64,000 nucleotides of DNA. Origin: an uncultured delta proteobacterium (GTDB lineage: Bacteria > Desulfobacterota > Binatia > Binatales > Binataceae). The notes beneath the pieces are model-generated. The model was not told the origin of the DNA, did no database searches, and saw nothing but the letters and a program-made list of their open reading frames with translations. The position numbers and the translations under genes are program-made. This document shows positions 36,561 through 45,781 of the stretch, in pieces. Position 1 is the stretch's first letter, and each line of letters opens with the position of its first letter. The stretch spans positions 73,491 through 137,490 of the forward strand of contig CAWBMF010000006.1 of the NCBI GenBank assembly GCA_963789835.1, in the 5' to 3' direction.

Positions 36561-36854
36561 ATGGCGAAGTGCGAACTGTGCGAGCTGCGTGACTACACGC
36601 AGCGCTATGCCGATTTCGTTCACCCTTTCAAATTTACAATTCTCGATTGCGATTCGTGCGACACTCCGATGGCCGTGCTCGGAGACCATCGCGCGGTGCC
36701 GACTGACGAGGAAAAGGCCTTCATGATCGAGGCGCTCTCGCTGGTCGCGCGCGCGAAGTACGGCGCCGACAAATTCGGCATCGACGACGTCATGCGACAG
36801 ATTCCCGACCACTGCCACATGCACGCCCGTCCTATTCGGCGCTGGCAATATTAG
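36561..36854 (+). CDS. HIT-like mini protein (CxxC..CxxC plus H-x-H-x-H)
   Basis: 97 aa. MAKCELCEL...[24 protein letters not shown]...[11 protein letters not shown] ends with a histidine-triad-like HxHxH followed by xRP, as in HIT hydrolases, but is much shorter. Confidence 0.4.
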   Translation: MAKCELCELRDYTQRYADFVHPFKFTILDCDSCDTPMAVLGDHRAVPTDEEKAFMIEALSLVARAKYGADKFGIDDVMRQIPDHCHMHARPIRRWQY

Positions 36855-37050
36855 CCGCTGCAATCCGGCATTCTCGATCGTCAAACATATTACGGCGTTG
36901 TTTCTTGCGTTTTACCCATTTGGTAAGCGCCTCATCTTATGCTATATGCCCGCCGTTACGCGCGCTGCCGTGGGAAGCAGCGTCGCCGTCCGGGGCAACG
37001 GTCTGTGGGGCGCTCCGGCTCGGTTTTTCTTCCAGGGAGGTACGGGGGAA

Positions 37051-37251
37051 ATGGCTAACGGTACGGTCAAGTGGTTTAGTCCGAAAAAGGGCTACGGCTT
37101 CATCACGATGGAGGACGGACAGGAAGTGTTCGTTCATTACAGCGCGATTGATGGGGCAGGTTTCCGCTCGCTCGAACAGGGCGAGCGCGTTGAGTTCGAG
37201 GTCGCGCAGGGCCCCAAGGGGCTGCAGGCGTCCAACGTCAACAAGGGATAG
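37051..37251 (+). CDS. cspA: cold-shock protein (CspA family)
   Basis: Inner ATG 37051 after [45 protein letters not shown] carries the RNP1 (KGYGFI) and RNP2 (VFVHY) motifs. 66 aa. Confidence 0.95.
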   Translation: MANGTVKWFSPKKGYGFITMEDGQEVFVHYSAIDGAGFRSLEQGERVEFEVAQGPKGLQASNVNKG

Positions 37252-37372
37252 GACTTCACGCGGGGGAGGTTTGCGGGGAAAGGGGGAACGTTTCTACTAC
37301 CGGTGATACGGCGCGCCACGGTCTGCGCGGGAGCGTCGGCACGCTCGTCCGGTTTGTGCTACAGAATCCGGC

Positions 37373-38320
37373 ATGAGTGACGCGGTTCCGCTCGGCGAGC
37401 GGCTTCGATTCGGCACGATGGTTTCGACTTCGAGCCGCGAGGAAGCGACGCGCGGGCTCGAGTCGATCGCGCGATGGGGCTACGAAGTTCTGTGGGCGCC
37501 CGACCACGTCGCGTTCACGGGGCCAGTCAACGATCCGCTGACAACACTCGCATACCTGTCGGCGCTGGAACCCAAACTCACCTTCGGCACCAGCGTGTAC
37601 CTGCTGCCGCTGCGGCATCCGGTGCCCGTCGCCAAGATGGTCGCGACGCTCGACCGCTTGCTCGGCGCCGGTCATTTCATTTTCGGCGTGGGCGTCGGCG
37701 GCGAGTTCCCGCGCGAGTACGAAGCGTGCGGCGTGCCGATACACGAACGCGGCGGGCGCGCGACCGAGGCTATCCAGGTGATGAAGCGGCTGTGGAGCGG
37801 CGAGCGCGTCGAGCATCGCGGCAAATATTTCAGCTTCGGCGAAGTCAGCATGCAGCCGCGGCCGAAGACTCCCGGCGGACCGCCGGTATGGATAGGAGGG
37901 CGCGCCGAAGGTCCGCTCAAGCGCGCGGCGCGCTACGGCGACGGCTGGATGCCGTACGTCGTGACGCCGAAGCGCTTCGCCGACGGGCTGGATTTCATCG
38001 GCAAGGAAGCAGAGCGCGCCGGCCGGACGCTGACGTCGTTCGGCACCTGCATCCAGATATTCTGCAGGCTCGGCGACAGCGTCGAAGCGGCGCACGCGGT
38101 CGCGGGCAAATTTCTAAGCAAGCGCTACGCGACCGACATGAACGATGCGGCGAAACGCTACGGCGCACTGGGCCGTCCGGCGGACGTGGCGGCGAAAGTG
38201 AGCGAGTATATCAAGGCGGGCGCGCGCGACATCGGAATCGACGCGATCACGCATCCGTCGGAGCGCACCGCGCAGCTCGAGCAATTCGCCAAAGAAGTAA
38301 TCCCGCTCCTGAGCCTCTGA
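37373..38320 (+). CDS. LLM-class (luciferase-like) flavin/F420-dependent oxidoreductase
   Basis: 315 aa. GYEVLWAPDHVAF, TSVYLLPLRHPVPVAKMVATLDRLLGAGHFIFGVGVGG, PPVWIGGRA, GDGWMP are typical LLM features. Confidence 0.8.
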   Translation: MSDAVPLGERLRFGTMVSTSSREEATRGLESIARWGYEVLWAPDHVAFTGPVNDPLTTLAYLSALEPKLTFGTSVYLLPLRHPVPVAKMVATLDRLLGAGHFIFGVGVGGEFPREYEACGVPIHERGGRATEAIQVMKRLWSGERVEHRGKYFSFGEVSMQPRPKTPGGPPVWIGGRAEGPLKRAARYGDGWMPYVVTPKRFADGLDFIGKEAERAGRTLTSFGTCIQIFCRLGDSVEAAHAVAGKFLSKRYATDMNDAAKRYGALGRPADVAAKVSEYIKAGARDIGIDAITHPSERTAQLEQFAKEVIPLLSL

Positions 38321-38332
38321 TCGCTCGCACAG

Positions 38333-39406
38333 CTAGACCAATTCGATTGGATGCTCGCGCTTGGGCGTGACGCGGCCGACGATGGCGGCCTCGCGATGGC
38401 CGCAGTTCTGAAGTTCGGCGAGCAGGGCGAGAGCTTGATCGTCGGGGAGCGCGATCAGCAGGCCGCCCGAGGTTTGGGGGTCGAATGCGATCGTCGCGAT
38501 CTCGTCGGAGACTTCGTCGGAGATGCGGACGCTGGGCGCGTAGAACTCGCGATTGCGCTCGCCGCCGCCGGGGATCATTCCGGCGCGGCATTGCTCGAGC
38601 ACGCCCGGCAGCAGCGGCAAGTCGGATTCCTCGAACACGAAGGTGACGCGGCTGCCCTCGGCCATTTTGAGCGCGTGGCCGACGAGGCCGAAACCGGTGA
38701 CGTCGGTGGCGGCGTGGACGTCGTAGTTGAGCATCGCGGATGCGGCGGCGGCGTTGAGTTGCGTCATCGAGCGGACGGCGGCCTGGTAGGATTCGTCGCC
38801 GAGGGCGTCGCGCTTGAACGCGGTCATCAGGATTCCCGTGCCGAGCGCCTTGGTCAGCACGAGCGCGTCACCGACTTGCGCGCCGACATTGCGGACGATT
38901 CGACGCGGATCGATCACGCCGGTGATGGCCATGCCGAATTTCACTTCTTCGTCGGCGACAGTGTGACCGCCGACGATCACGACGCCTGCCTCGCGCGCTT
39001 TCTCGGCGGCGCCGCGCAAAATATCGGCGAGCATCTCGCCGGGCAGACCGCTTTGCGGCCAGCATACGATGTTGAGCGCCGTGCGCGGCACCCCGCCCAT
39101 CGCATAGACGTCCGACAACGCGTTGGCCGCGGATATTTGGCCGTAGGTGAAAGGATCGTCGACCACCGGCGTGAAAAAATCGACGGTGTTGACGATTGCG
39201 AGGTCGTCGGAAAGACGGAACACTCCGGCGTCGTCGCCCGTGGAGATTCCGACGAGCAAATCAGGGTGGCTCGGCAACTCGAGCCGCGCGAGGACTGCGG
39301 AGAGGTCCGCCGGACCGAGCTTACCGGCTCAACCCGCAGCCTTGCACCGCGCAGTCAGGCGAACGAGATCGCCCCGCGAGGGATTGTTGTCCTTGTTCCT
39401 GGACAT
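38333..39406 (-). CDS. selD: selenide, water dikinase SelD, Sec-containing form (in-frame UGA at 39331..39329)
   Basis: Track ORF 38333..39277 begins at an internal TTG. The same frame upstream reads MSRNKDNNPSRGDLVRLTARCKAAG-TGA-AGKLGPADLSAVLARLEL-PSHPDLLVGISTGDDAGVF. TGA occupies the catalytic G(C/U)xxK position. Downstream motifs: DFFTPVVDDPFTYGQISAANALSDVYAMGG, VIVGGHT. Confidence 0.9.
39309..39328 (-). promoter_or_regulatory. candidate SECIS-type hairpin immediately 3' of the selD UGA
   Basis: The mRNA reads UGA GCCGG UAAGCUCGGU CCGGC, a 5-bp GC stem with a G/U-containing loop. It is a short stem and has not been checked against a covariance model. Confidence 0.35.
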
Positions 39407-39477
39407 CGCGGCTATTGTCGCGCATCGGGCAGGCGAAGTCAGCCGCGCACCAGACAAAAATGTTTTTCATTCGATCC

Positions 39478-39510
39478 AGGGTTCGCCTTGCTCCGGTGGC
39501 AAGGCGAACC
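39478..39510 (-). terminator. 13-bp perfect stem-loop between the orphan secreted-protein gene and selD
   Basis: GGGTTCGCCTTGC tccggtg GCAAGGCGAACCC, 54 nt downstream of the stop at 39564. No adjacent U-tract, so terminator function is uncertain. Confidence 0.35.
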
Positions 39511-39563
39511 CGCGTTCACGGTTCAGTCGCGCGTTGGTTTTAGTTGCTCGTGGTTGGACGCAA

Positions 39564-40028
39564 TCACAAGCCAACTTTGATACGAAACGCGTTTGGCGCC
39601 AGATTAGTAACGGTGGCCTGGCCGGTGGGCGGCGAGATGAAGATGTTGGTGGAACCGATAATGGTCTGCGGATAGGTTGCCGTAGTCTCGGTCGGTCCCG
39701 TGGTGTCAAAGGCGCCCTGGCCGTTGATGCGGAAATGCCAAACCACATACAACGAATCGGTCGGGCTTGCCTTGGGCAGCTCGCTAACCGCGACGCCCTG
39801 GGCAAAGAACGTCCCGATCGGGCTCGCGCTGAGCGCTGAACATTCGACCCCCGCGGTGGACTTGCTGACGGTGCCGCCAGGATACACGGACGCGACCGCG
39901 GCAAAGTTGAATCCATTGACTACGTCGTCGCCCTGGTCGAGGCAGACGTCGTAACTGTTGGCAAGCGCTGGAAGGGCGGTGAAGAGCACCAGCGCCGCCG
40001 CGAATCCGTAACTGAGTATCTTGTTCAT
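39564..40028 (-). CDS. hypothetical secreted protein
   Basis: 154 aa. Signal peptide MNKILSYGFAAALVLFTALPALA. The mature part is Thr/Gly/Ser-rich with two Cys, and no family is recognised. Flanked by A/T-richer spacers. Confidence 0.6.
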   Translation of the reverse strand: MNKILSYGFAAALVLFTALPALANSYDVCLDQGDDVVNGFNFAAVASVYPGGTVSKSTAGVECSALSASPIGTFFAQGVAVSELPKASPTDSLYVVWHFRINGQGAFDTTGPTETTATYPQTIIGSTNIFISPPTGQATVTNLAPNAFRIKVGL

Positions 40029-40107
40029 AACATCCTCCGTATAAAGTTACTGGCAGCATTGGTACTCAACTATCTGAGAGTCAACACGGAAAGTTGCTAT
40101 TCATCGT

Positions 40108-40133
40108 GCGCGAACTGAGTACTCAGTTCGCGC
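40108..40133. repeat. 26-bp perfect palindrome GCGCGAACTGAGT|ACTCAGTTCGCGC
   Basis: Read directly from the sequence. It lies in the A/T-rich spacer, about 100 nt downstream of the selB stop and 80 nt upstream of the 39564..40028 start. Confidence 0.85.
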
Positions 40134-40231
40134 GACTGCATATTCGACATACTAGTGTCAATAATGAATTTTTAATGGAGTCAGAAGCCGGCGAAACGCA
40201 AGCGCGTGCGAAATAGGTAAGAGGAGTGGTT

Positions 40232-42169
40232 TCAGGAGGACGGAGCGGGCGACCGGAGGCGGCGGGTGTCGCCTACCCGGGTGGTCACGCCCGTGTGGTC
40301 GAAGTGATCGAGCAGGGCGATCGCGAATTTGCGCGAGGCGCCGAGCAGGTCGCGGAAGGTCGCGGCGGTGATGGCGTCGTGAGTTTTCAGATAGTCGACG
40401 AGGCGGGTGCGCGCGGCGTCGGCGGCGGCGCGGGAGAAATACAAGTCGCTGGCGATTTTGACTACGCGGCCTTCGCGTTCCATCGCGACCAGCACGGTTC
40501 TCAGGTGCGGCAATTGGCTGGTGGGAATTTTCAGTGACTCGGCCAGTTGCTTGAGATCGGGGGGCTGGAATTCGGCGTGCTCGAGCGCGGCCGCCACCCT
40601 CGTGCCGAGCGTTTCTGCCGCGCCGCCCAGTTGCACGCGATGGCTCTTCAGGCGCAGCGTGCTTTCCTCGCGCACGATTTCGGATTCGTGGCTGATGCGA
40701 TCGACGATCGGACGGAATGCGCGCGCGCCGATTTCGTACGGCAGCCGCGTGCGCAGCGCTTCCATCTCGAGTCCGGGAGACAGGGGCTCGCGCTTGTGAT
40801 GCGCCGCGAGCGCGTCGAGCGCGAAGTGTTTCAGCGCATCCCACCTGGTCCGCGTCGTGAATGCCACTTCGTCGCCAATCGAGAGCTTGATGAAGCGCGG
40901 CGTTTCGCGCAGGGCAGCGTCGGCCTCGGCGATTGGGATGTTCATGAGCGTCGCGATCCGGCTGGGGCCGAGGGCGAAGCTTTCCTGCAAGTTGATCAGC
41001 GCTTCGATAGCGTCGGCGCCCGACGAATTTTTGAGCATCAGGAGATTGGCGCGATAGGCCTCGAGCGGCTTGCGGACGCGGCGGCCGAGCGGGTTCAGCA
41101 CGATGCCGCCGCCGAGAGTGCGCGAGTTGGTTTCGTCGCGGATGACGAAGCGATCGCCCGCAAGCGCGACGACGGGATCTTCCGCGACGAGCTGCGCGAG
41201 GCCGGCGGCCTTGGGCGCGATCGTGCCGGCCTCATCGAGGACGATTGCGCGCGCGATGGTTTCCGCCGTGCCGATGAAGAGCCGCACGCGGGTGTTGTTC
41301 TTGAGTGCGCGCTTGGCGGCGGGGCGAATTTCGAGCCATGCGTCGAAACGCGCGGTGGCGGAGTCCACGCGCTCGTCGGCGAGGACGTCGCCGCGAGCGA
41401 GGTCGAGTTTCTCGGCGCCGGTGAGATTGAGCGCGACGCGCTGGCATAGCCCGGCGCTCTCGACCGAATCGGAATGCACCTGGATCGAGCGCACGCGCAC
41501 TTCATTGCCCGAGGGCAGCACGCGGAGCTTGTCGCCGACGTGGACCTCGGCGCCCATCGCAGTGCCGGTGACGACGATGCCGTGTCCCTTGATGACGAAC
41601 GCGCGATCGAGTGGCAGGCGGAAGACGCCGGTGGCGCGGCGCGCCTGGAAGCCGTCGAGCTGGCGGACGATTTCGGCGCGCAATTGCTCGAGGCCGGCGC
41701 CGGTGGTCGACGAGACCTCGATGACGGGCGCGCCGGCGAGGGTGGTGCCGTCGGCCAGCAGTTCGATTTCGTCGCGCACGTCGCGGAGGCGGGCGGTGTC
41801 GGCGAGGTCGGCCTTGGTGATCACGAAGATGCCGCGGCGCGCGCCGAGCAGATGGAGGATGTCGAGATGCTCCTCGGTCTGCGGCATCACGCCGTCGTCG
41901 GCCGCGACGGTGAAGAGCACGAGGTCGATGCCGTGGGCGCCGGCGAGCATGTTGCGGATGAAGCGCTCGTGGCCGGGGACGTCGATGACGCCGGCGCGGG
42001 TGCCGTCGGGGAGGGTGAAGTAGGCGAAGCCGAGATCGATCGAGATGCCGCGTTCTTTTTCTTCCTTGAGGCGATCGGTGTCCTGGCCGGTGAGGGCTTT
42101 GATGAGCGCGGTTTTGCCGTGATCGATGTGGCCGGCGGTGCCGATGATGGCGTGGGTGGTGGTGGCCAT
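40232..42169 (-). CDS. selB: selenocysteine-specific translation elongation factor SelB
   Basis: 645 aa. [39 protein letters not shown] (GTPase G1/G3/G4), then a long winged-helix C-terminal region as in SelB. Confidence 0.92.
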   Translation of the reverse strand: MATTTHAIIGTAGHIDHGKTALIKALTGQDTDRLKEEKERGISIDLGFAYFTLPDGTRAGVIDVPGHERFIRNMLAGAHGIDLVLFTVAADDGVMPQTEEHLDILHLLGARRGIFVITKADLADTARLRDVRDEIELLADGTTLAGAPVIEVSSTTGAGLEQLRAEIVRQLDGFQARRATGVFRLPLDRAFVIKGHGIVVTGTAMGAEVHVGDKLRVLPSGNEVRVRSIQVHSDSVESAGLCQRVALNLTGAEKLDLARGDVLADERVDSATARFDAWLEIRPAAKRALKNNTRVRLFIGTAETIARAIVLDEAGTIAPKAAGLAQLVAEDPVVALAGDRFVIRDETNSRTLGGGIVLNPLGRRVRKPLEAYRANLLMLKNSSGADAIEALINLQESFALGPSRIATLMNIPIAEADAALRETPRFIKLSIGDEVAFTTRTRWDALKHFALDALAAHHKREPLSPGLEMEALRTRLPYEIGARAFRPIVDRISHESEIVREESTLRLKSHRVQLGGAAETLGTRVAAALEHAEFQPPDLKQLAESLKIPTSQLPHLRTVLVAMEREGRVVKIASDLYFSRAAADAARTRLVDYLKTHDAITAATFRDLLGASRKFAIALLDHFDHTGVTTRVGDTRRLRSPAPSS

Positions 42170-42180
42170 CGTGGGAAGAA

Positions 42181-42216
42181 CCTAACCCCTAACCCCTTCC
42201 CATGGATGGGAAGGGG
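42181..42216 (-). repeat. REP-B copy
   Basis: cctaacccctaaccccttcccatggatgggaagggg, inverted version of 17184..17217, in the spacer upstream of selB. Confidence 0.8.
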
Positions 42217-42239
42217 GACAATCTAGGCGGGGATCAGGG

Positions 42240-42614
42240 TCAGGACATTTGTTTCATGTACATTTGCATGTCGAAGTAGTCGCGCCAGGCGCTGATTTTT
42301 GAACCCGTCACTTCGAAGACGCCGGCGACCGGGAGTTCTATTTTTTTGCCGTTGCCGAGGTCGAAGATGTCGACGCGTTCGTTGAAGACCACGTTGCCGT
42401 TGCCGGCGGAGTTCAGGATTTTGAAATGCAGCGACTTGGCCATCGGCAAGAAGGTGTTGATGACGCCGCGGATGGCGTCTTTGCCCTTGGCGGGTTCGAG
42501 CGGGATGTTGTGATAGACGGCGTCGTCGGTGAAGAAGCCGAGCAGTTCGTCGACGTTCTTGCGCGGCCATGCGTTGCAGAATTCGGTCACGATTTTTTCA
42601 GCATCGGTAGCCAT
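42240..42614 (-). CDS. SnoaL/NTF2-like protein, limonene-1,2-epoxide hydrolase family-like
   Basis: 124 aa. EKIVTEFCNAWPRKNVDELLGFFTDDAVYHNIPLEPAKGKDAIRGVI...AWRDYFDM is an LEH-type pattern. Confidence 0.65.
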   Translation of the reverse strand: MATDAEKIVTEFCNAWPRKNVDELLGFFTDDAVYHNIPLEPAKGKDAIRGVINTFLPMAKSLHFKILNSAGNGNVVFNERVDIFDLGNGKKIELPVAGVFEVTGSKISAWRDYFDMQMYMKQMS

Positions 42615-42628
42615 GACGGTTTCTCCTT

Positions 42629-43117
42629 TTATTCGTGGTCGAGATAGAAGCGGTCCTCGTCCTTGTTATAGCCGAACAGCTCGGCATAACGCCCCCAGTT
42701 CACCAACGCCATAAATTGTCGCTCGGGCTTCTCGCTGGGCAGGAGCATCGCGAGGTGTTCGAGCACGATTTCCTTGGTCAGGGACTTGTCCTCCTGGCCG
42801 TGCAGCAGGCGGATGAAGTAGCTGAAGAGGCTGTGCTTCTTCAACTGCTCGCGCAGCATGAGCTTGCGATCGTTGACCTGGGCGGCGAGAAATTGCTTGC
42901 CGAGAGGTTCAAGCACGACGTCTCCGGCGGGAGTCGACACGAGCCCGAGGATTTCCCCGGCCTTCATCACCTTGAGCAGATCGCTGAACTTGAAATTGAG
43001 ATCGCGCGCGATCTTGTAGCCGTCCTCGCGGCCGCCGCGATCCTCGAGGAATTCGAGCAGGCCGAAGACCAGAGTCAGCCCGCAATCGGGCAGCGGAGTT
43101 ATGGCCGGGGCCGCCAT
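42629..43117 (-). CDS. AAA-associated (ABC ATPase C-terminal accessory) domain protein
   Basis: Inner ATG 43117 of track ORF 42629..43747. LPDCGLTLVFGLLEFLEDRGGREDGYKIARDLNFKFSDLLKVMKAGEILGLVSTPAGDVVLEPLGKQF. The ATG overlaps the ATPase stop by 1 nt (TGATG). Confidence 0.65.
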   Translation of the reverse strand: MAAPAITPLPDCGLTLVFGLLEFLEDRGGREDGYKIARDLNFKFSDLLKVMKAGEILGLVSTPAGDVVLEPLGKQFLAAQVNDRKLMLREQLKKHSLFSYFIRLLHGQEDKSLTKEIVLEHLAMLLPSEKPERQFMALVNWGRYAELFGYNKDEDRFYLDHE

Positions 43118-43875
43118 CAGCCGCGCTCCTCGATCATCGAGAAGACCTTGTCGGTGAGGGCGTTGAAGGCTTCGGCGCGGCGATCGCGCGGACGGGGCAA
43201 TTCGACCTTGAGATCCTGGACGATGCGGCCGGGACTCGCCGCCATCACGATGATTCGATCGGCCAGCTCGATCGCCTCCTCGATGATGTGGGTGACGATG
43301 ATGAGATTTTTCACCGGCATGTCGGGCGACTGCCAGATGTCGAGCAATTCTTCGCGCAGCGTGATCGCGGTCAGGGCGTCGAGCGCGGAGAACGGCTCGT
43401 CGAGCATCAGCACCTTGGGCTCGACCGCGAGCGCTCGCGCGAAACCGACGCGCTGCTTCATGCCGCCGGACAGCTCGCGCGGGTAAGCCTCTTCGAAGCC
43501 GTCGAGTCCGACCTTGTCGATGTAGAAGCCCGCGCGCTTTTCGCGCTCGGCCAGCGGCAATCCCTGCGCTTCGAGGCCGAGCTCGACGTTGGCCTTGACC
43601 GAGAGCCATGGCAGGAGCGCGAACGACTGGAACACGAGCGCGCATTCGAGATTGATCCCGTCGACCTGGCGGCCGCGGTACAACACCTGTCCGGAAGTCA
43701 TCGGCACGATGCCGTTGATGATGCGCAGGAGGGTTGACTTGCCGCATCCCGAGGGGCCGACGATGGCGACGAACTCGCCCTCGTTGACGTCGAAGCTGAC
43801 GTCATTGAGCACCTGCAGCGTGCCCTTGGCATGCGCGAAACTTTTCGAAATGTGTTTGAGCTCGAGGAGGGCCAT
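43117..43875 (-). CDS. ABC transporter ATP-binding protein (NitT/TauT nitrate/sulfonate/bicarbonate family-like)
   Basis: GPSGCGKSTLLR (Walker A), LSGGMKQRVGFARAL (signature), LMLDEPFSALD (Walker B), VTHIIEEA (H-loop). Confidence 0.92.
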   Translation of the reverse strand: MALLELKHISKSFAHAKGTLQVLNDVSFDVNEGEFVAIVGPSGCGKSTLLRIINGIVPMTSGQVLYRGRQVDGINLECALVFQSFALLPWLSVKANVELGLEAQGLPLAEREKRAGFYIDKVGLDGFEEAYPRELSGGMKQRVGFARALAVEPKVLMLDEPFSALDALTAITLREELLDIWQSPDMPVKNLIIVTHIIEEAIELADRIIVMAASPGRIVQDLKVELPRPRDRRAEAFNALTDKVFSMIEERG

Positions 43876-43910
43876 GGGTCAGGTTCAGGTGAGGGCGAGT
43901 CGCACATGCG

Positions 43911-45638
43911 TCAGTAGTCCAGCCTGTAGCGCTCCGTGGCCAGGTTGTACAAGGGGCGCCACATGAGACGGTTCAAGGTTAGCACGACCGCAATCATTGA
44001 TAAGAGGCTCAGCAGAATCATCACGCCGTTGCCGGTTTGGTAGGTCGCGGCGTCGAGCAGCGAGCCGATTCCGAGGACCTGGTGGGTCGTACCTTTGTAG
44101 ACGAAATATTCGGAGAGGATCAGCGCGTTCCATCCTCCGCCCCATGCGGTGATGCTGCCGGTGATCAGCGACGGCGTGACGGCCGGGAGAATCAGCTTGC
44201 GCCATCGCGCGACGCGGGAGAGTCCGAACGAGCGCGCCGCTTCCTTCAAATCCTCGGGCACCTGGTTGATACCGGCGAGCAGATTGAACAGCAGGTACCA
44301 TTGCATGCCGGTGAGGATGAGCAGGATCGAGGCGAGATTCATGCCGCCGGTGAATTCGATCACGAAGATGACGATGATCGGGAACAGCGCCGTCGCCGGC
44401 ATCGAGCCGACGATTTCCGCAATCGGCGAGAGGATGCGGTTGAAGCGGGCGTTCTCGCTCGCCGCCAGCGCGCAGGGCACCGTCCACGCCAGCGAGATCG
44501 CGTAAGCGATCGTCATGCGAATGGTCGAAAGCACGATCGCTTCCGGAATCTGTTTCGCGTCGGACGGCCACGGCTGTGACAGCGTCCTGACCAATGCGAA
44601 GAAGCCGCTGACGAGCGCCCACAGCGTGAAGATCACGATGGAGCCGATTATCAGCGTCCGCACGACCGCGCCGACGCGCTTGCTCTGTTCGGGCGTAAGC
44701 TGCGGGCCGCTCGGCAAAGCCTCGATCGCGCGGACAATCGCTCTGTACGGCGGCACCAGCACTGCGCGTAGCGCTCGCGTGACGGCGGGACCGACGCCAG
44801 ACAACGCATCGAACATCCCGAGCGATTGCGCAGCGGTGGATGACGCCGCAAATTCGTACTTGAACTTTTCAGCCCAGGTGGAGAGCGGCTGCCATACGAT
44901 CATGTCCATCGCCACGATGATCGCGAGCAAGGTGAGCAGGCCCGTCGCGAGATCGAAGGTGCGGCCCTTTTCGGCCGCCTCCCACAAAAAACTGCCCAGC
45001 CCCGGCAGCCGGTAACTGGCGGGACCGACCGTGATGATTTCGCACGCGATCAGAAAGTACCATCCCGCGACCCACGACAGGATCGAGTTGTAGACCAGTT
45101 TCGGCACGCTCGCGGGCAGCAGCAGGCGCTTGAACTTGAGCCATCCGCGCCCGCCGAACGAATCGAGCGCGTCCTTCGAATCCTCGGGGATCGTCTTGAC
45201 CGCTTCGTAAACGCCGAGCGCCATGTTCCACGCCTGGCTGGTGAAGATGAGAAAAACGGCGGCCATCTCGACTCCGAGCCGGCTGCCGTGCGCGAGCGCG
45301 ACGAAAAAATAAACGGCGGCGGGAAAAAAGCCGACCACCGGCACCGACTGCGCGATGTCGATCGCGGGAATCAGGATGCGCTCGTAGAGGCCGCCGCGCG
45401 CGGCAGCCATGCCGTAGATGATCGAAAAGATCAGCGCGATGATGTAGGCGGCGAGCATCCGGTAAAACGAGCAGAACGCGTAGTATGGAAGATGCGACAG
45501 CGAAGCGGGCACATTGTGCGGAATCAGGTGTTGGGCGTGGCTCCGATAGGCGAAGAACAGCGCGATGATCGCGGCCAGCGCGAGGAACGATAGCGTGCCG
45601 TTGATCAAACGGCGGGTGTTTATTTCAAACTTGAACAT
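43911..45638 (-). CDS. ABC transporter permease, duplicated (two fused permease modules)
   Basis: Inner ATG 45638 (MFKFEINTRRL) of track ORF 43911..45770. Two EAA-loop-like regions (VKTIPEDSKDALDSFGGRGWLKFKRLLLPASVP and INQVPEDLKEAARSFGLSRVARWRKLILPAVTP). Confidence 0.85.
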   Translation of the reverse strand: MFKFEINTRRLINGTLSFLALAAIIALFFAYRSHAQHLIPHNVPASLSHLPYYAFCSFYRMLAAYIIALIFSIIYGMAAARGGLYERILIPAIDIAQSVPVVGFFPAAVYFFVALAHGSRLGVEMAAVFLIFTSQAWNMALGVYEAVKTIPEDSKDALDSFGGRGWLKFKRLLLPASVPKLVYNSILSWVAGWYFLIACEIITVGPASYRLPGLGSFLWEAAEKGRTFDLATGLLTLLAIIVAMDMIVWQPLSTWAEKFKYEFAASSTAAQSLGMFDALSGVGPAVTRALRAVLVPPYRAIVRAIEALPSGPQLTPEQSKRVGAVVRTLIIGSIVIFTLWALVSGFFALVRTLSQPWPSDAKQIPEAIVLSTIRMTIAYAISLAWTVPCALAASENARFNRILSPIAEIVGSMPATALFPIIVIFVIEFTGGMNLASILLILTGMQWYLLFNLLAGINQVPEDLKEAARSFGLSRVARWRKLILPAVTPSLITGSITAWGGGWNALILSEYFVYKGTTHQVLGIGSLLDAATYQTGNGVMILLSLLSMIAVVLTLNRLMWRPLYNLATERYRLDY

Positions 45639-45781
45639 TATCCGAATGGCCCGAACCTCCCAGCATAACTGCGAACAGATTTGGCTCAAGGGCAAATCGC
45701 ATTGCGAGCGAATTAATTTTGCGGGCGGCGGCGTTGACAACGCGCATCGCGGGCAATAGCGAAGTCGCAAGAGCGAAAAAA

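Noticed and set aside
39407-40231. Searched the spacers around selD and selB for tRNA-Sec (selC).
   Set aside because: No sequence with an acceptor stem, TCA anticodon arm or CCA-like architecture was seen. The spacers contain only a 13-bp stem-loop and a 26-bp palindrome. A proper tRNA scan is still needed.
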